Virus record (IMG/VR): IMGVR_UViG_3300038393_000411
Coordinates: 1 to 47,795 of that record
Length of the DNA: 47,795 nt
Origin: a virus
Taxonomy: Duplodnaviria > Caudoviricetes
Strand: one strand, 5' to 3'
The notes beneath the pieces are model-generated. The model ran no database searches. It had not been told where the DNA came from and worked only from the letters and a program-made list of their open reading frames with translations. Shown here piece by piece: positions 36,043-44,255 of this stretch. Numbering within the stretch: position 1 is the stretch's first letter; each line of letters starts with the position of its first letter. Position numbers and translations under genes: made by a program.

Positions 36043-36339
36043 AAATTTGTAGTTAGACGCGGTCGTCGTAGCTAGCTACAAATCTAGCTACAAATTTTGA
36101 CCGCGTCAGCGAGGTCCAACAAGATACGAAAGATACATCAAGTTGGCCATCTATAGGGGGAAACTGCCGGGTGACGTACACAGAAGAAATTATAAGAGTG
36201 ACCAATCGCGATTGAAGGTGGCAATCTTCATATTTTTCCTAAAACTCACTGTCCATGCGGGTTTCGAGGCGGCAGACTCACCCGAAAACTGCGCTAGCTA
36301 CAAATCTAGCTACAAATTGCGGATGAGTCAGAAAGATAC
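36043..36339. other. attP region with arm-type repeats
   Basis: Exact 26-bp repeat GCTAGCTACAAATCTAGCTACAAATT at 36071-36096 and 36293-36318; an inverted partial copy at 36043-36056; three AAGATAC copies. Confidence 0.85.
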
Positions 36340-36361
36340 AACAATGCGCAATAATAGCCGA

Positions 36362-36541
36362 TCAACTTTTCAGCTTGCCGGCGGCAATCGCGCGGTCGAT
36401 ACTCTCTGCAGTGATCCGCGTCGCGCGCTGGCCAATCCGCACCAAGTCCAGTTCGCCGCGGGCGGCCATGCGGTAGATCGTGGCGCGGCACACGTCCAGG
36501 CGTTTCATTGCGGTGCTGACTCGATAAAGCAGTTTTTCCAT
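36362..36541 (-). CDS. Excisionase / AlpA-like HTH protein
   Basis: MEKLLYRV..A.KRLDVCRATIYRM..RGEL..VRIG.RATRIT..SI; AAGGAG RBS; adjacent to attP. Confidence 0.85.
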   Translation of the reverse strand: MEKLLYRVSTAMKRLDVCRATIYRMAARGELDLVRIGQRATRITAESIDRAIAAGKLKS

Positions 36542-36554
36542 TTTCCCGTGCTCC

Positions 36555-36617
36555 TTACAGTTTAATGGCCGTAGCCATGATTTCCCATATCAGCCGCCAG
36601 ATGGTCAGGAGCCACAT
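36555..36617 (-). CDS. Possible 20-aa hydrophobic peptide
   Basis: MWLLTIWRLIWEIMATAIKL; GGAGG RBS; its stop overlaps the RBS of the excisionase. Confidence 0.4.
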   Translation of the reverse strand: MWLLTIWRLIWEIMATAIKL

Positions 36618-37012
36618 CCTTCCTCCTTCCCGGCTTTGGTGTGAGCTTCGATAGCGGCGTGACCCCGTGCAGTATTCGTGTCTGACAGATAGCCATCTTG
36701 GATGATCGACTTCAGAACGTCATAGGCGGCATCCTTCTCCACCGTTCCCGCTGCGGGAGCCACGCAGTTGCTCGAAAAATTCGATGAACTGTTTGTTTGG
36801 GCCGCGCGCAGCCGTCCGACTTCGGCGATCAGTCCGCGTTGGGCTGCTTGCCATACGATCCAGTCGCGCTCGACCAATGCGCTTGCAAACGTGTCCTCGC
36901 CGGTCAAACTCTTGCGCAAGTCGACTGGACTGCAATTACCTTCATCCGTACGCGCCCATTCGATAAATTCCGCCAGTGCCAGCGCCTTCAGCTTTTCGAT
37001 GTCCACGGTCAT
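36605..37012 (-). CDS. Hypothetical early protein (Ead/Ea22-like N-terminus)
   Basis: DIEKLKALA..LIAEV.RLR pattern. Confidence 0.65.
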   Translation of the reverse strand: MTVDIEKLKALALAEFIEWARTDEGNCSPVDLRKSLTGEDTFASALVERDWIVWQAAQRGLIAEVGRLRAAQTNSSSNFSSNCVAPAAGTVEKDAAYDVLKSIIQDGYLSDTNTARGHAAIEAHTKAGKEEGCGS

Positions 37013-37302
37013 TTCGTTCCTTTCGGTGCATGGTCCTGCGGGTAGATATAATTCGGATCGGTGGCCCACATCGGATGCGAGGCCTTAGCATCACCGGCGT
37101 CGATCTTCGCCTTGAGGCGCGCGGCCGCATCGCACAGCTTGTTATAGGCGTCCACGGTTCCCATTTGCGTCTCCATGCTATTCACGGCGTTCATCAGGCC
37201 GTATTCGCACGGGCGTACGATGCGCTTCGGGGGCTCGCGGTGCGACGTGCCGGCCACTGGCAGTTGGCGGACTTCGCCCTTGCGCTCCTTTTCGATGTCC
37301 AT
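37009..37302 (-). CDS. Hypothetical protein
   Basis: GGAGG RBS; coupled within the operon. Confidence 0.7.
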   Translation of the reverse strand: MDIEKERKGEVRQLPVAGTSHREPPKRIVRPCEYGLMNAVNSMETQMGTVDAYNKLCDAAARLKAKIDAGDAKASHPMWATDPNYIYPQDHAPKGTK

Positions 37303-37303
37303 T

Positions 37304-37525
37304 TCATGCCTCCTGAACCAGCGCCCAGCCGGTGCTGTGCTTGTGCATCCGCTGAATCGAAACCATCGTACTTTTGCCAGCTTGGCCGTTCACCATCGTG
37401 AACATCTGTGCCTTGCCAAGTTCAATCTTCCCGACACGGCAAATGCGACCGGTCATGCGTTTGTCCAGATCGCGCCATAGCTGGCCGCGCTTTACCTCGA
37501 TTCCTTCTTTCGTGATGTTGTCCAT
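37304..37525 (-). CDS. Hypothetical SH3-like small protein
   Basis: V..GQLWRDLD.R..GR pattern; GGAGG RBS. Confidence 0.7.
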   Translation of the reverse strand: MDNITKEGIEVKRGQLWRDLDKRMTGRICRVGKIELGKAQMFTMVNGQAGKSTMVSIQRMHKHSTGWALVQEA

Positions 37526-37526
37526 T

Positions 37527-37877
37527 TCATGCCTCCTTGGTGGCGCGCTTGCGGGCGACTTCCGCTGCTGCGCGCACGATTGCACGACGGGCAGCAGCGT
37601 ACGGTTCACCCTCGTAAAATTCCTGAATTAGCGGGCCTCCAGCAGCCAGCACCTCTACGCGCTTGCCACCGACGACGCGGTACATGACGTCAAGTTCAAG
37701 CTTCCCGGCCAAGCGAAACGCGTCACAGTCGTCGGTCAGCGGGTTCCACATCACCCATCGACCATATCCCACTGATTCAGGCAACCGGTAACGCTGAATG
37801 CACGCCTTCATTTCTGACCACCGAATTAACAGCCCCACCGCCTTCGCGGCCAGTTCCAGCAGTTCGCGATCAGTCAT
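37527..37877 (-). CDS. Conserved phage hypothetical protein
   Basis: MTDRELLELAAKA..WNPL.DD.DA.RLA..RRAIVRAAAE. Confidence 0.8.
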   Translation of the reverse strand: MTDRELLELAAKAVGLLIRWSEMKACIQRYRLPESVGYGRWVMWNPLTDDCDAFRLAGKLELDVMYRVVGGKRVEVLAAGGPLIQEFYEGEPYAAARRAIVRAAAEVARKRATKEA

Positions 37878-38574
37878 TGGCTTCCTCCTTCCCACTATTT
37901 GGTGTAGGGGCGGCAGCGCGCCATTCTTCGACCGTGCGGCGGACGCCTTCTGCAGTGCCGGGGTTCTTGAGCGCGGTAGCCAGCACTTCAAGCGTGGTCG
38001 CCATGCGGTTGCCGATTTCCAGCGGGTCATCGGGCACTATTCCAGCAGTGCGCCCGTCGATGTAGGTGATGAGGGCGTTCAACGAGTGCAAAATCGCAGT
38101 ATGAGATGCGGCATCATCGTACTCCTCCAATAACTCTTGGAACTTCGGATCGTCGCCGATACTCGCCGTCTTCCGTTCTGCCGGTTTGCCATAGCCCATG
38201 TCGCATTCCTGCGCGATGTCGACAATCTCTTGAAGCTTCGCTTGTTTCAGATCGCGCTCTAGCTGGCGGATACGCTCGGCATACGGGGCGAACCATGCAA
38301 TGACTTCCTCGCGTGGGATCACGATGCAATAGCCGACGTACATGCAAGCTTCGTCGCCGTCCGGTAGCGCCGGCAGTTCTTCCACGATAGGGGCGGAGAC
38401 AGGAGCGGTGCGGCGGGCGGCTTGCCATGCGGACCATGCGGCTTGCGCGTCGTCCTCGAAGTAATACCATCCGCCCTGTGCATCAGTGCCCTTAAGCGAA
38501 GCGTAGCCCTGATCGGTGTCTCTAGCCCACGCCTCAAACGCCGCGCGCTCGGCTTCCATGTTCAGTTCAGCCAT
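37870..38574 (-). CDS. Hypothetical mosaic early protein
   Basis: ERAAFEAW..AW.AWQAA module; GGAG RBS. Confidence 0.7.
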   Translation of the reverse strand: MAELNMEAERAAFEAWARDTDQGYASLKGTDAQGGWYYFEDDAQAAWSAWQAARRTAPVSAPIVEELPALPDGDEACMYVGYCIVIPREEVIAWFAPYAERIRQLERDLKQAKLQEIVDIAQECDMGYGKPAERKTASIGDDPKFQELLEEYDDAASHTAILHSLNALITYIDGRTAGIVPDDPLEIGNRMATTLEVLATALKNPGTAEGVRRTVEEWRAAAPTPNSGKEEAND

Positions 38575-38755
38575 TCTTCTCTCCTTCGATGATGCTGTCG
38601 AGCGGCCACCCGTTCATCTGCATCCTGTGCTCGCCACCAGTGAGGATGAGATCAAACAGGACCATGCAGCGCGCCTTGGCGTACACGCTTCCGTTACTAC
38701 GCCAGTGGCTATGCCAGATTTCTGACACGTACAGTGCGGCAAATAAGCGGCTCAT
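38567..38755 (-). CDS. Small hypothetical protein
   Basis: Overlap-coupled to both neighbours. Confidence 0.5.
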   Translation of the reverse strand: MSRLFAALYVSEIWHSHWRSNGSVYAKARCMVLFDLILTGGEHRMQMNGWPLDSIIEGEKNG

Positions 38756-39663
38756 GCCTTCTTCTCCTGTTCAGCGCTTGCGGCGATAGCTGCGCGGAAC
38801 ACGAATTCAAGACCTAGAAGCATGTCAGCAGAGGTGGCGCCTGGCTTGGACAAGTCGCGCATAAGCAGTCGCCCGAATGGGTCATGCCATACTCTTTCGA
38901 GGTCTGACGCAACAACTTGACCTTTGAAGCGAATCGTGCCAGTAAGGTTATCTTGTGTCATCGTTAGTTTCGTTTCTGCTGCATCCCGCTCGGTATCCTC
39001 GCCAGCATTCGATGCATGGGCTGCGCGCTCCAGCTTGAACGCGATTTCGCCCAGGATCGTGCCGGCGATGGCTGCAATATCCTCGTGTGACATACTCGGC
39101 ATGGTCACGCCGGCCAGCCGGGCAACGCGAGACAGGCGCTTCGATAGGAACTCGGCCTCCGACAGCGGCAAATTCCGGTCAGGTGTCGTCGCGCTTGCCG
39201 TGGTGGCCTTGTCGTAGGGGTAGACGAGAGGCAGCATCTTCGGCTGGACGCTTGCCGTGGTGGCCGCAGGTTGGCACATAGCAGCGGTAGGTTGGCAGGT
39301 AGGCGATGGAGGTTGGCAGACAGCCGCTCCTGCCTGCTGTGCGGCCGGTGCGAGGTCATAGAGTGGGAAGAACTCGGTGCAGCCTTCGCCAGCGCGGCGC
39401 TTGGCTTCTTCCTTCGTGAACGCCACGTCGCCACGGCCATCAAGATCGGTCGCCAGCCATGCGGCAGGCGCTTCGGGCGCGGCTTGGAGATCATGGCGGG
39501 CCGCGTCCCACTGCTTGCGCAGCGAATCCATCGTAGCGACGACATCGCCGGTCAGCGCCTCGCCGGGGCGCTGCGCCAGGTTGAACATTACGTTTGCCAT
39601 CTGGCCGCCGATGTTTAGCAGCTTGTCCAGGTCTACACCTGTGGTGTTGGTCTTGTCTGTCAT
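38752..39663 (-). CDS. Hypothetical mosaic early protein
   Basis: ATGA coupling, GGAG RBS, internal short repeats. Confidence 0.7.
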   Translation of the reverse strand: MTDKTNTTGVDLDKLLNIGGQMANVMFNLAQRPGEALTGDVVATMDSLRKQWDAARHDLQAAPEAPAAWLATDLDGRGDVAFTKEEAKRRAGEGCTEFFPLYDLAPAAQQAGAAVCQPPSPTCQPTAAMCQPAATTASVQPKMLPLVYPYDKATTASATTPDRNLPLSEAEFLSKRLSRVARLAGVTMPSMSHEDIAAIAGTILGEIAFKLERAAHASNAGEDTERDAAETKLTMTQDNLTGTIRFKGQVVASDLERVWHDPFGRLLMRDLSKPGATSADMLLGLEFVFRAAIAASAEQEKKA

Positions 39664-40421
39664 GCTGCCTGCTCCATGAAAAGTGGGTTCTGAATGGGTG
39701 CGGCCTTGCGATCCCAAAAGATGGCTGACTGCTGCGACTCGATGCGCTCGCGCATGATTGCGGCCCGCGCTTCCTTCGTTGGTGGGGTATAGGTTCCCTT
39801 CCACGCGCTGTCTATGCCGATGTTCTGTGCGATATTCGTGCTGTCTGCCGATGAGAACGGGAAGCGCGTGAACACGTCCGGATTGAGCATCCGCAGGCCG
39901 TGAACCTTAGCGGCTGGACGTCCGGAGCGATCACAAATTACGTCCATCGCCTCAGCCATACGAACCCACCATGTCGGCGTGCCGATCTGAGCGAATTCGC
40001 CAGAGCTACCGAGGCAAACGCGTGGCCACTGGCTCACGAGCCGGTCCAGGCGATCTAGCGACTCGTGCAGGTGCCGCACGGGCGCGCCGATGTGCGGCGC
40101 TGTCAGCCGCCAGGGCCATTCGGCCAGCAGTGCGTCGTTCGCTGCCTCGTCGCCGTCGATAACATCCGGAATCACAGCGAAGTCGAACGGCGGATAGCGA
40201 TGCAGTTCCGCGACCCACTCGTAGAATCTCGACCAATCCGTGATCGGCTTGCCACTCTTCCATGCCGAGAAGGCGCCGTTGTCCACTGCAAACGACTGCG
40301 CCGCTTCCAGCGCGATCGTCAACTGGTCAGGATGCGCGAACGACACGAAGGCGTGACCGCCGCTCACCGCGCGCACAGCTGCTGTCGCGGGCGTGATAGG
40401 AAGTCCGTGATAATGGATCAC
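39660..40421 (-). CDS. DpdA/TGT-like (guanine transglycosylase fold) protein
   Basis: DNGAFS, IPDVI, KVHGL and SADST motifs parallel the TGT-family DSG, D, H and D motifs. Confidence 0.65.
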   Translation of the reverse strand: MIHYHGLPITPATAAVRAVSGGHAFVSFAHPDQLTIALEAAQSFAVDNGAFSAWKSGKPITDWSRFYEWVAELHRYPPFDFAVIPDVIDGDEAANDALLAEWPWRLTAPHIGAPVRHLHESLDRLDRLVSQWPRVCLGSSGEFAQIGTPTWWVRMAEAMDVICDRSGRPAAKVHGLRMLNPDVFTRFPFSSADSTNIAQNIGIDSAWKGTYTPPTKEARAAIMRERIESQQSAIFWDRKAAPIQNPLFMEQAA

Positions 40422-40816
40422 TGGTCGCCCCCATCACTGTTAGCTGATCCCTTGGTCTGGCCTTGCTCGGCGACCCACGCCTTAAATCCTTCGATAATCG
40501 GCTTGACGTTCGTGTCGTCGGCCCAGCCAGCGAAGCCGATAAAGCCGTCGGTGTTGAAACTGATCGCCTCGCGGTTGTCGAAGTAGTCGGCGCGGCAGCG
40601 CAGTTCAGCGAATGGCCCCCATGGCGTCTGCTTGATGATGGCGCGCTGGCGGCAGCGGAACTCGCCGTGAATCAGGCCGCTGGCCTTCATGCGTTCGTTG
40701 ACCAGCGTGCGTAGGCGCTGCATGTTGGTCGGCGTAAGAACCTTGTAGGCGAGCCCAGCTGCGGTGAACGCTTGGCGCGCGTCGTTGCGGAGGCTTTCGT
40801 ATTCGAGGCCCATCAT
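40418..40816 (-). CDS. Conserved phage hypothetical protein
   Basis: YF..REAISFN.DGFIGFAGWAD..N..P motif; coupled to both neighbours. Confidence 0.75.
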   Translation of the reverse strand: MMGLEYESLRNDARQAFTAAGLAYKVLTPTNMQRLRTLVNERMKASGLIHGEFRCRQRAIIKQTPWGPFAELRCRADYFDNREAISFNTDGFIGFAGWADDTNVKPIIEGFKAWVAEQGQTKGSANSDGGDQ

Positions 40817-42279
40817 GCACCACCTTCCTGGGTGTTAGCTGATCCAGTCTGGAGATCGCCCGAAAAGTCCTCATGCGTAAGCACGTAGGGCTTGATGTTC
40901 TCGACCGTGTAGAAGGTCGGCGGGCAGGTGCGCTTGATCCAGTCGGCAACCAGCGATTCCAGTTCCTTGGCCTGCTCGGGCGTCACGTCCGGGTAGTCCT
41001 CGGCATACTCGCCGCCGATGTCATAGGCCGCCTCGCCTATGTTCTCGATGATCCCGTCCTCATTGACGAGTCGTTCCGGTTTCGGATGTACGGCCTCTCC
41101 GACCCAAACGGTATCGCCCGGCTTCAGGTCGTCGTGCGAGTCCAGCAGTTCGCAGAGTGAACGTGCATTGAAGTCTTCCTGATCGCGCGACCAGCATTCG
41201 ATCTGCTCGGGCTCGGGCTCCGCCTGATTGCGGATTGCCTCGGCGTTCTGTGCGCCGGCCATACGCTCGCGCAGTTCGATGCATTCCTTGGACTTGGCTT
41301 CAGCGCGCTCCCAGCCTTGGTCGGCGCGCATCTTCTCGGCGGCGAGCTGGCGATGCAGCGCGAGGATTTCTTCGTTCTGTGCGCCGGCAGGAGCTACCGG
41401 AGCGACGAGGTAGATCGGTGCGTCGCTCTTGGCGAGCAAGATTTCACGCTGCATGCTGGTCAAGCTGAGCGCGATTTCGTCTTCGCATATTGAGATGAAG
41501 CCAGCCGGCTCGGCCTGCGCCTGTCTTGCCAAGTGGGCGCGGAGTTCATCAATCTCCGCCTGCAAGAGTCCATAGGCCGTTTTCGGGTCGAGCGCTTTTT
41601 CGCCTAGCTCTACTGCGCGCTCCTGCCACGTCTTGATGGCTGGCAGATCCGTAACGCTACTCCCCGCAGCCTGGGCGGCAGTGGGTGCGGCGCCAAGCAT
41701 CACGTGCTCAGTGAGTTGCGTGCCGCTGCCGCGCCAGCCGCGTGTCGCCCAGAACACATCTTCCTTACGACAGAACTGGCAGGCTTTGTTGATGTCGTCG
41801 GTAAAGCTCTGCGAATGGCCGCCATCCCAGTAGCCTGCGCTGCGGCCATCGGTGAATTTCTCCAGCACCCAGAACGATCGGGTTTCGGCGGCCGCGATCA
41901 CGTCAGCTGGCGGAACGGCGGTGACCGGCTGCTCTGCTTTCGGTTGGCGTGCGAGGTGGGCGGCAATAGCAGCGCGCTCGATGTCGCGTGCAAACTTGAG
42001 GACAAATTTGTATCCATCGTCAAGCCAGCCGAACACGGCATCGTGCATTTTGATGATCTGCTCATCCGTCAGATCGCCGGTCGGCTGCGAAACTGCGTCA
42101 GGCGCAGGTAGCATCTTGCCGATCATCTGAAGCGTGCCGGCGACGGCGTACTGTTGCGGCTCGGTGTCGGGAATAGCGGCCAGCGCTGCACCCACGCCCA
42201 TGTAGTTCAGCAGTTCCGCGCCTGCATCTGCAAACGCGTTCGCAAGGCCGGTGCGCGTAGTTTCGAATTCAAAGTCCAT
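40813..42279 (-). CDS. Large mosaic early protein
   Basis: 488-aa ORF with modules separated by Ala/Pro/Gln linkers. Confidence 0.7.
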   Translation of the reverse strand: MDFEFETTRTGLANAFADAGAELLNYMGVGAALAAIPDTEPQQYAVAGTLQMIGKMLPAPDAVSQPTGDLTDEQIIKMHDAVFGWLDDGYKFVLKFARDIERAAIAAHLARQPKAEQPVTAVPPADVIAAAETRSFWVLEKFTDGRSAGYWDGGHSQSFTDDINKACQFCRKEDVFWATRGWRGSGTQLTEHVMLGAAPTAAQAAGSSVTDLPAIKTWQERAVELGEKALDPKTAYGLLQAEIDELRAHLARQAQAEPAGFISICEDEIALSLTSMQREILLAKSDAPIYLVAPVAPAGAQNEEILALHRQLAAEKMRADQGWERAEAKSKECIELRERMAGAQNAEAIRNQAEPEPEQIECWSRDQEDFNARSLCELLDSHDDLKPGDTVWVGEAVHPKPERLVNEDGIIENIGEAAYDIGGEYAEDYPDVTPEQAKELESLVADWIKRTCPPTFYTVENIKPYVLTHEDFSGDLQTGSANTQEGGA

Positions 42280-42291
42280 GCTGTCTCTCTT

Positions 42292-42945
42292 TCAGATGAA
42301 ATTAAGTGCCAGTTGCCTTGGCATCCCGATGCGCTTTTCGACCTTCTTCAGCTCTACGGCTACCCTAGAGAACAAGGTCGTCCTAGTAATCCCAATTCTG
42401 TCCGCCGCCTCCGATAAGCACATACTTTCCCCTTCAAGGGACACCATCACGTTCCGTCGAGTGTTCTGCGCCTGTTGCTTCGGTGTGGCCCACCGACAAT
42501 TCCCAGGCTCGTAATTTCCGTTCTTATCGGGCCATCGATCTAACGTCATTCCATCCGGAGGGTCGCCCATATCAGCAACGAAGCTCTTTAAATCCTTCCA
42601 GCGATCACACACCTTGATGCCCCGGCCGCCGTAGTCTTTGTAGAACTTATCTGCTGGGTTCTCGCACCGTCGAATCATGTGGCGCCAACTGTTCCGTGCT
42701 CTCACGTGATATTTACCAAATGCATCGGCTTTGCGCTGCTCGTTCTTCTTTCTGAACGCATCCCCTACGAGGCATCCACACGACTTTGTATTGCCGCCAA
42801 TGAGCCTGCTGACATCGACAAGGATGATGACTCCGCATTTGCACGCGCACTCCCATTGGGTCTTCCCGAATCGGTCCTTCCCCATCCTGCGAACCGCTGT
42901 GAGTCGACCAAACGCCTGCCCGGCAATCTCCTTAAACCGTGGCAT
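42292..42945 (-). CDS. HNH-type homing endonuclease-like protein
   Basis: G..FGRL..W.C.C.CG..SCGC, W..M..RC, YGGRGI.VC.RW, LDR..NG.Y.P.NCRWAT; lower GC. Confidence 0.85.
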   Translation of the reverse strand: MPRFKEIAGQAFGRLTAVRRMGKDRFGKTQWECACKCGVIILVDVSRLIGGNTKSCGCLVGDAFRKKNEQRKADAFGKYHVRARNSWRHMIRRCENPADKFYKDYGGRGIKVCDRWKDLKSFVADMGDPPDGMTLDRWPDKNGNYEPGNCRWATPKQQAQNTRRNVMVSLEGESMCLSEAADRIGITRTTLFSRVAVELKKVEKRIGMPRQLALNFI

Positions 42946-43387
42946 CGGTAACCTCCTCTTGGCGGGCTGCTGGATCACTCCAGCGGACCCCGCGGACTGC
43001 TCCGAAGGCGTACAAAAATTCGATGAATGCAGCGGCTTCCTTCACATAGAAATCGCGCGACTGAATGCCAAGTTGGACTATGCGGCGCCCGTCCAGGCTT
43101 GGGATCACCCGGCCGTCGTGGTGCAGCGGCGTCCCGGCCGCGCGCATCTCGTCTGCGAACTCGTCGATCAGCAGTCGCTTCATGTCGTCAGCGTCCCACT
43201 TGCGACCAATGTGCTCGACCTGCCGCGCGATGTCGCCGATCATTGCGTGATACTTCTCTTCCTGAATACGCTTTTTTACAGGTTCCGACATCACGACCAT
43301 CCAGCCGGCCGGCGCCTCCATGCAGAAGCGCGCGGCGTTGTTGCGAGCCTGGTCGTGCACGAGCACAAAGGTGCGCTTGGTCGTCAC
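42932..43387 (-). CDS. ninB: NinB/Orf-family recombination mediator
   Basis: Q..KYHAM..DIA.Q..W..K.L..FIE.L.AFG motif; downstream of exo and recT. Confidence 0.8.
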   Translation of the reverse strand: MTTKRTFVLVHDQARNNAARFCMEAPAGWMVVMSEPVKKRIQEEKYHAMIGDIARQVEHIGRKWDADDMKRLLIDEFADEMRAAGTPLHHDGRVIPSLDGRRIVQLGIQSRDFYVKEAAAFIEFLYAFGAVRGVRWSDPAARQEEVTDATV

Positions 43388-43608
43388 GCCGCCACCTCTC
43401 TACGCAACTCGGCGAAGTCCATGCCCTGCAGACGGTCAATCATCTCGTCGTGCGTCAGGTCGAACACTTCGACCAGTGCGTCGACGATCTCGATGTCGGT
43501 TGGCTCGTTGCTGAAGACGTCGGCCATGTCGATCAGGTGCGGATAGCCGGGCTGCTGCGCGTCGTACAGGAACTGGGAGATCATGTCGTTGGCGTGGTCG
43601 AGGGTCAT
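43384..43608 (-). CDS. Acidic hypothetical protein
   Basis: 74 aa, overlap-coupled, Asp/Glu-rich. Confidence 0.7.
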   Translation of the reverse strand: MTLDHANDMISQFLYDAQQPGYPHLIDMADVFSNEPTDIEIVDALVEVFDLTHDEMIDRLQGMDFAELRREVAA

Positions 43609-44255
43609 GCTGCATCCCGCAGCAGGCGTTCATATGCCTGCACCATGTTGTCAAACATGGCCAGTTGCCCGACCATATCGTCAATGAACACGTCGTCGCG
43701 AAAGATGCGCTTTACGAACAGGTCCTTACCGACGGCGGCGAGGTCCGGAACGTACATGATGAAATCGCAGTACTTGCGGCCTGTGATCCACATGCCGCCC
43801 TGCATCTGGTGGTCGTACTCGGACGTATCGCCGGTCTGCCACATTGCCAGGATCTTGCTGCTGTCGATGGGTGACTTGATCTCGATGAGGCCATCGTCGT
43901 CCACGAGACCATCAGTCGAGTAGCCGAAGATTCCGTCGTCGGTCAGGCAGATGCCGGCTTCAGTCACGAAGGCGCCCGTGCGGCCCTCATAAACGCGCCG
44001 TGCAGCAGCCTCCATTTCGTGCCCGCGCTCCAGCACCCAAGCCTTCGGCGGCTCGCCGTGTGGCTGACCGCTGATGCGCTCGATTGCGAGGTCGGCGGCA
44101 TAACGTTCGGCTACCGCCGTCGGGTCGCCAACACTACGTGTACCAGACTTCTTCTGGCAGCGGCTGATGGCGTCTGCGAAGCAGGAGGCCGTGATTTTGC
44201 CGCAGCGGCTGGCGAGCCATTCCGGCGTCCCTTGCGGGCATTCGATGAATTTCAT
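43605..44255 (-). CDS. YqaJ / lambda-type exonuclease
   Basis: QGT.EW..R.G.ITAS, G..E..AR, S.DG, IEIK, Q.Q..MW motifs. Confidence 0.93.
   Translation of the reverse strand: MKFIECPQGTPEWLASRCGKITASCFADAISRCQKKSGTRSVGDPTAVAERYAADLAIERISGQPHGEPPKAWVLERGHEMEAAARRVYEGRTGAFVTEAGICLTDDGIFGYSTDGLVDDDGLIEIKSPIDSSKILAMWQTGDTSEYDHQMQGGMWITGRKYCDFIMYVPDLAAVGKDLFVKRIFRDDVFIDDMVGQLAMFDNMVQAYERLLRDAA

Noticed and set aside
36071-36318. 26-bp direct repeats as a CRISPR mini-array
   Set aside because: Only two copies 222 bp apart, no cas genes, and the position fits integrase arm sites.
36143-36565. 140-aa + strand ORF across the att region
   Set aside because: It overlaps the arm repeats and is antisense to the excisionase; atypical codon usage.
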